Source: a virus (lineage: Duplodnaviria > Heunggongvirae > Uroviricota > Caudoviricetes). Taken from it: DNA of 51,134 nt. Below, one piece after another: positions 46,785 to 51,134 of the stretch. Each line of letters starts with the position of its first letter. The stretch's first letter is position 1. A model generated the notes under the pieces. It searched no databases, was not told where the DNA came from, and was given only the letters and a program-made list of their open reading frames with translations. The position numbers and the translations under genes were made by a program. The DNA is taken from the IMG/VR virus record IMGVR_UViG_2724679172_000007; one strand, written 5' to 3'.

Positions 46785-47401
46785 GTGAAACTAACTATCA
46801 GGAGTTGCGTGAAGCGGCGCAACAGGCTTCGCAAGGAGAATGGATCGCATACATTTTGCCGGGTGAAAACGGTACTACATATCCGGTACATACGTCTGAG
46901 GGTAGGCATTGTGGATTCTTTATGGTCTGGCCTGGCAATGATGGACTGAGGAATGCTGGCGCCAATGCCCGTTATATCGCTGCTATCCCACCAAAAGTTG
47001 CGTTGTCACTACTGGATGAAATTAAACGTCAGGAGGACTCAAATATTGATGCTATGTGCCGTATTGCAGAGCTTGAAACTAATATCGCGGCGCTGGTGGC
47101 AGAGAACGCCGGACTGAAACACGCAATGGCCGTAACTCTTGAGCATGTGTCGGTAACGGATGCAGGGCAGGCCGGAGTTGCTGCGATGATTATTAATGAT
47201 GCCCTGCACCACAGCGAAACGCCAGCTACCGACGCTTTCCTGGCGGAAGTGCGGGCGCAGGGGGTGGATATGGCTCGTAACGCGATGATTGATTTTGTTG
47301 ATGGTGAAGTTGGGCCAAACAAGAACGTTCCGGGGCTGATTAGAGGCGCAGAGATATGCGTAAGTATTGCTGAACAGCTTCGCAAAGGAGGCAACCAGTG
47401 A
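46781..47401 (+). CDS. Ea22-like family paralogue
   Basis: N-terminus MSETNYQELREAAQQASQGEWIAY resembles the Ea22 N-terminal region; central module shared with the 41327 gene; C-terminal AEQLRKGGNQ. Confidence 0.5.
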   Translation: MSETNYQELREAAQQASQGEWIAYILPGENGTTYPVHTSEGRHCGFFMVWPGNDGLRNAGANARYIAAIPPKVALSLLDEIKRQEDSNIDAMCRIAELETNIAALVAENAGLKHAMAVTLEHVSVTDAGQAGVAAMIINDALHHSETPATDAFLAEVRAQGVDMARNAMIDFVDGEVGPNKNVPGLIRGAEICVSIAEQLRKGGNQ

Positions 47402-48042
47402 GCGAAATTAACTATAAAGAACTGCGCGAGGCGGCGAAACAGGCAACGCAAGATGAATGGGTAGCATATATTTTGCCGGGTCATAACGGCATTTATCCTG
47501 CGCGCACGTCTGAGGGTAGGCATTGCGGATACTTTATTGACTGGCCTGGCGTCTGTCAGGGGCGGGAGAGCATCAGCATGAGCATCAGAACCTACGCAGT
47601 GAATTGCAATGACGCATGGCTAAACACCGAAGGTGATGACATCTCCGGCTCATACGTTAAGTACAAAGACCATCAGGAAGTGGTTGCCGCTCTTGAGGCC
47701 AAGTGCGCGGCGCTGGCAGCGGAGAATGCGGTAATAAAGTCTGCAATTCCAGAACCACGGGATATTGAGGACGACAATGACAATATGGATGACGTATCTC
47801 TTGCTGAAGATTTCGGGTTCAATCATGCAATAGAACGGATGAGGAGACGGATTCCTGAAACTCCGGTCACCGACGCTCTCCTGGCTGAAGTACGTGCGCA
47901 GGCGTTTAATGACCTTTGCTCGGTGTTCGTTAAGGACGCGACGGTTGCCGGGCTGGACGATGGCGACATCGTTACGGTGAAAGAAGCGACGGACGCCCTG
48001 CTGCATTGTGCGGAGCAGCTTCGCAAAGGAGGCAACCAGTGA
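47398..48042 (+). CDS. Ea22-like family paralogue
   Basis: N-terminus MSEINYKELREAAKQATQDEWVAY; C-terminal AEQLRKGGNQ; GTGA-type overlap with neighbours. Confidence 0.5.
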   Translation: MSEINYKELREAAKQATQDEWVAYILPGHNGIYPARTSEGRHCGYFIDWPGVCQGRESISMSIRTYAVNCNDAWLNTEGDDISGSYVKYKDHQEVVAALEAKCAALAAENAVIKSAIPEPRDIEDDNDNMDDVSLAEDFGFNHAIERMRRRIPETPVTDALLAEVRAQAFNDLCSVFVKDATVAGLDDGDIVTVKEATDALLHCAEQLRKGGNQ

Positions 48043-48662
48043 GCAAGATTGATTATCAAAAGCTTCGTGAAATCGCTGAAAAAACAAAAATTGCTGGTGA
48101 AGCACCTGTAATGCCTTTCGATCAGCGAATTAATGCGCTTAACGATTTTATGAAGCACTTTTCGCCAGATATCGCGCTGGCATTGTTGGATGAACGGGAA
48201 AGAAACCTGCAATACATCAAAAGCCGCGATCAGGAGAACGAGGATATTGCGCTAACGGTAGGGAAGCTGCGTGTTGAGCTGGAAGCAGCAGAGAACAACC
48301 TTATTGATAGTGAATGCCATGTTGCTGAACTGGAAGAAGCGCTACGCGATAAGCAGGCGTTACTTGAAGCCTCAGAAAAGCGCATAGCAGAACTGGAAGC
48401 ACGGGAAATAAAACCAGCCAAAGGCGAAGTTCTTGTCGTTGTATCTGGTTTGACTGGTTGCGGAAAAAGCGCCATTGCCGGGGAAATAGAAATCGCGATG
48501 AAGGCTATTGGTGTACCGGTTAAGTGGACTAATGGCGATGCAGAAAAGCGCATGACTGGCGCTGACTGGCTGACTGCGATTGAGATGTACAAACCAACTG
48601 TGCGCATCGTGGAAGTTAATGTGCCACGCGCCGCTGGCATTCGCATCAAAGGAGGTGAGTAA
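48040..48662 (+). CDS. Ea22-like protein
   Basis: LLDERERNLQYIKSRDQENEDIALTVGKLRVELEAAE and the C-terminal AAGIRIKGGE closely match lambda Ea22 as recalled; start assigned to a GTG overlapping the upstream stop. Confidence 0.55.
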
Positions 48663-48834
48663 TGCGTGTGGCATGTATCGGCTTGTTACCGTACCCGACT
48701 CGTTTTTGGGCTTCTGCGCTAATTGCAAAGCCACATGTCCTGATGGCTGACAACATCATCCCGGCACCAAAGCGCCGCCATACCGGTATTGCATCGGCAC
48801 GACGAGCAGCAAAGAGACGCAGGAGAGCAAAACG

Positions 48835-49023
48835 ATGAAAAACCGTAAAGCAAAGATTCTGTTAGTTCGTAGAAACGCTCCTGGCGTCTGGCAGTGGGTG
48901 AGACTCAGCAACCGACGGATGGGGTTAATGAAACATTACGGGATGATGGATTGTGGTTTTTGCAAAAAGCCCAGCGCGGCGCAAAACCGCTGGAAAAACC
49001 ACTTGCGTACTAAAGGAGAGTGA
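48835..49023 (+). CDS. Hypothetical small basic protein
   Basis: 62-aa ORF in a chain of translationally coupled small genes. Confidence 0.3.
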   Translation: MKNRKAKILLVRRNAPGVWQWVRLSNRRMGLMKHYGMMDCGFCKKPSAAQNRWKNHLRTKGE

Positions 49024-49024
49024 T

Positions 49025-49234
49025 ATGGCTATCGCTGCAAGTTACACCATGCATCTCTATTGTGACTGCCGTCAGTGCACGGAAGGTGTATATCCAGTGC
49101 CAGACTTCGGTGAGTATATAGGTACGTCATGGGCTGGCTGTGCAAAAGAGGCGCGCAAGGATGGCTGGCGAATAAGCAAAGACAAAACGCGTGCTTTTGC
49201 GCCCGGGCATAAAGTTTTGAGGGTTAACAAATGA
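49025..49234 (+). CDS. Hypothetical small Cys-rich protein
   Basis: ATG preceded by SD GGAGAG; stop overlaps the start of the next gene. Confidence 0.35.
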   Translation: MAIAASYTMHLYCDCRQCTEGVYPVPDFGEYIGTSWAGCAKEARKDGWRISKDKTRAFAPGHKVLRVNK

Positions 49235-50061
49235 CCACTATAACCAAAGAGCGACTACTGACAATCAAGCAGTGGCGCGAAACATACGGACCTGGTAGCA
49301 ACGTTGTACTGCCAGCAGAAGAAGCGGAAGAACTGGCGCGGATTGCGCTGACATCGCTGGAAGCAGAGCCTGTTGGTGAAGTTTCAGAGAAGCAACATGG
49401 CCTTGTTATGGATGGGACGGTAGACCTTGGCGGGAAATCAACTTATCGCATCATTAAGGGAGAAAAAGCGATGAAGTTGTTGCCGTTGGGGACGAAGTTT
49501 TATACCGCACCGCCAGCGCCGATAACGCCGGAGGCCATTGAAAACGCAATTGAATACATCCGCAGTATCGCTTTTCACATCGATGAAGACGATTACCACG
49601 GCAAACATATTGCGTATTTCATGCGACAAGCATTGGCCTGGCTGGAAGGGCATTCATGCAGCAACGACAGACTGGGTAAAGCCGATAATCAACCAGTACG
49701 CGGCAACCAGACTGCCGAATCCAATCGCGGTAATGAGTGGACCGGCAATCCTGATATTGATAACGCCATCATCATGCTCGATCGCATAGATACGCTGGAA
49801 AATTGCGATGATGACCGTATTGAGGCTGTTAAGGCCGTTTTGCGTAGACTGGCTGGCAACCATCCGGATTTTCCGGATAGTTCCCAACAATCGCCCAAGA
49901 AAAGCGTAAAAACCACTCTGGAAAGAGGCTATCTTGAGGCCGCATTAAAGATTAAGCCGGGCCATACGCTAGGCGTCATTGATGCCATGTTGGTTCATGA
50001 AATGGCGAAGGCTTTATTGCCGCTGGTGGCTGATAAAATTCCGAATAAAGCCGATATCTGA
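49231..50061 (+). CDS. Hypothetical protein
   Basis: 276-aa ORF followed by an intrinsic terminator. Confidence 0.45.
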   Translation: MTTITKERLLTIKQWRETYGPGSNVVLPAEEAEELARIALTSLEAEPVGEVSEKQHGLVMDGTVDLGGKSTYRIIKGEKAMKLLPLGTKFYTAPPAPITPEAIENAIEYIRSIAFHIDEDDYHGKHIAYFMRQALAWLEGHSCSNDRLGKADNQPVRGNQTAESNRGNEWTGNPDIDNAIIMLDRIDTLENCDDDRIEAVKAVLRRLAGNHPDFPDSSQQSPKKSVKTTLERGYLEAALKIKPGHTLGVIDAMLVHEMAKALLPLVADKIPNKADI

Positions 50062-50072
50062 TCACCATGCTA

Positions 50073-50104
50073 AAATCCCCTCAATTCACAGAGGGGATTT
50101 TTGT
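50073..50104 (+). terminator. Rho-independent terminator
   Basis: aaatcccctc-aattcacag-aggggattt hairpin followed by a T-run. Confidence 0.5.
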
Positions 50105-50106
50105 AT

Positions 50107-50373
50107 ATGTTGCATAGAGTTTTATGGAAAAGCGTTATTGTCGGCGCGATACTGGCTATATCTGGGTGTGCAATGGTGCAATACAACGACGGTGAAAAGG
50201 TAAGCATACAGTCAGATGGTTGGTATGGCCTGGATAGCCTGCAAAAAACCGCAGATAAAGCCTGTCAGCAATATGGGAAGTCTAAAGCAGTATATCAGCA
50301 TAGCGCGAACGCTAACCCTAATCTAGCGCCCGGTTCTGGTGTTCAGAATACCATCTGGAAATGTGAGCCTTAA
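50107..50373 (+). CDS. Putative lipoprotein
   Basis: Signal peptide with lipobox ([21 protein letters not shown]). Confidence 0.45.
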   Translation: MLHRVLWKSVIVGAILAISGCAMVQYNDGEKVSIQSDGWYGLDSLQKTADKACQQYGKSKAVYQHSANANPNLAPGSGVQNTIWKCEP

Positions 50374-50375
50374 AT

Positions 50376-50627
50376 ATGAGCGACTGGAATATTGCAGCTA
50401 AAAGTCAGGAAGAACGGGATAAGGTTAACGTTGATCTGGCTGCCAGCGGTGTGGCGTACAAAGAGCGATTGAACATACCTGTCATAGCTGAACAGGTAGC
50501 CCGCGAGCAACCAGAGAATCTGCGCACCTATTTCATGGAACGGCTACGGCACTACCGGCAGTTAAGCCTCCAGTTGCCAAAAGGGAGCGATCCGGTGTAT
50601 CAGAACGAGGATGCACCAAAAAAATAA
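50376..50627 (+). CDS. Hypothetical protein
   Basis: 83-aa ORF 2 nt after the lipoprotein gene. Confidence 0.4.
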   Translation: MSDWNIAAKSQEERDKVNVDLAASGVAYKERLNIPVIAEQVAREQPENLRTYFMERLRHYRQLSLQLPKGSDPVYQNEDAPKK

Positions 50628-50712
50628 CGGCAAGATGGGGGAGAAATGTGATTAGCCCCCAGCGTGGCGCGCCTACAAACCCCGCTTTCACAAACTATGC
50701 CTTTTCAATGTA

Positions 50713-50732
50713 TACTGTATGAATAAACAGTA
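50713..50732. promoter_or_regulatory. LexA (SOS) box upstream of humD
   Basis: TACTGTATGAATAAACAGTA matches the CTGT-N8-ACAG consensus; 19 nt upstream of the humD start codon. Confidence 0.7.
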
Positions 50733-50750
50733 TCATTAAGGTAAAACGCT

Positions 50751-51134
50751 ATGGGCTTCCCTTCTCCTGCGGCGGATTATGCAGAGAGCCGCATTTCTCT
50801 TGATCAGCAACTAATCAGACATCCTTCCGCGACCTACTTCATGCGGGCGGCAGACAGCCATCACCGTGAGGGAATATTGCAAGGTGCTTTGCTGGTGGTT
50901 GATTCCTCACTTACTCCGGTTGATGGTTCACTGCTTATATGCGCTATGGAGGGTGAATATCGCATAAAGAGATACAGGAAGTATCCGCGCCAGCACCTGG
51001 AGGATTTAAGCACCGGGAAGAAAGAGGCGTTACCAGTAGATGACGATGGATGCACGGGCAGTAATGCTGTTTTTGGTGTGATCACTCATGTCATCAATGA
51101 TGTCCGAAGTGGGGAATTTGATGATTGTCCGGTG
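50751..51134 (+). CDS. humD: UmuD-prime-like SOS mutagenesis protein (P1 HumD-like); 3' end beyond the window
   Basis: Starts at MGFPSPAADYAESRISLDQQLIRHPSATYFMRA, matching the post-cleavage N-terminus of UmuD; no stop before the window end; SD TAAGGT. Confidence 0.7.
   Translation, partial: MGFPSPAADYAESRISLDQQLIRHPSATYFMRAADSHHREGILQGALLVVDSSLTPVDGSLLICAMEGEYRIKRYRKYPRQHLEDLSTGKKEALPVDDDGCTGSNAVFGVITHVINDVRSGEFDDCPV

Overview
This 51.1-kb window reads as a segment of a P1-like phage-plasmid from an enterobacterial host (inference from gene content and order; no database search was possible). Left part (1-17.9 kb, minus strand): a contractile-tail morphogenesis block (tail fibre, baseplate J/W-like, a 1526-aa Sit-like tape-measure/injection protein carrying about 10.7 near-identical 75-bp tandem repeats, tail sheath-like, Ig-like and major head-like proteins), interrupted by an iteron-type replicon (repA with iteron clusters on both sides, a DnaA-box-like site and an AT-rich stretch). 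Middle (18-31 kb): overlapping Rz/Rz1-type spanins, a PAAR-like protein, two adjacent plasmid partition systems (type II parMR with upstream repeats, then a small Walker-type ParA with an RHH partner), a chromosomal-type glnS disrupted by a frameshifting indel, a Dam-like and a cytosine-5-like methyltransferase, rdgC, and a baseplate spike/hub block. Right part (31-51 kb): an accessory island with two HigBA-type toxin-antitoxin pairs bracketing a strikingly AT-rich membrane/coiled-coil gene and a SWIM-zinc-finger protein operon, then secreted proteins, a Rha-family antirepressor, a Ref-like HNH endonuclease, a DUF4406-like protein, an array of Ea22-like paralogues with a Ser/Thr phosphatase, and a LexA-box-controlled humD (UmuD-prime-like) gene truncated by the window end. 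A 15-bp operator-like motif (ATTTTCTAACACAAA) recurs at several promoter regions, consistent with a C1-like immunity regulon whose repressor is not in the window. The best candidate for an undescribed function is the low-GC single gene at 32012-32746 embedded between the two TA modules. All functional calls rest on motif recognition and recalled homology and should be confirmed by searches.
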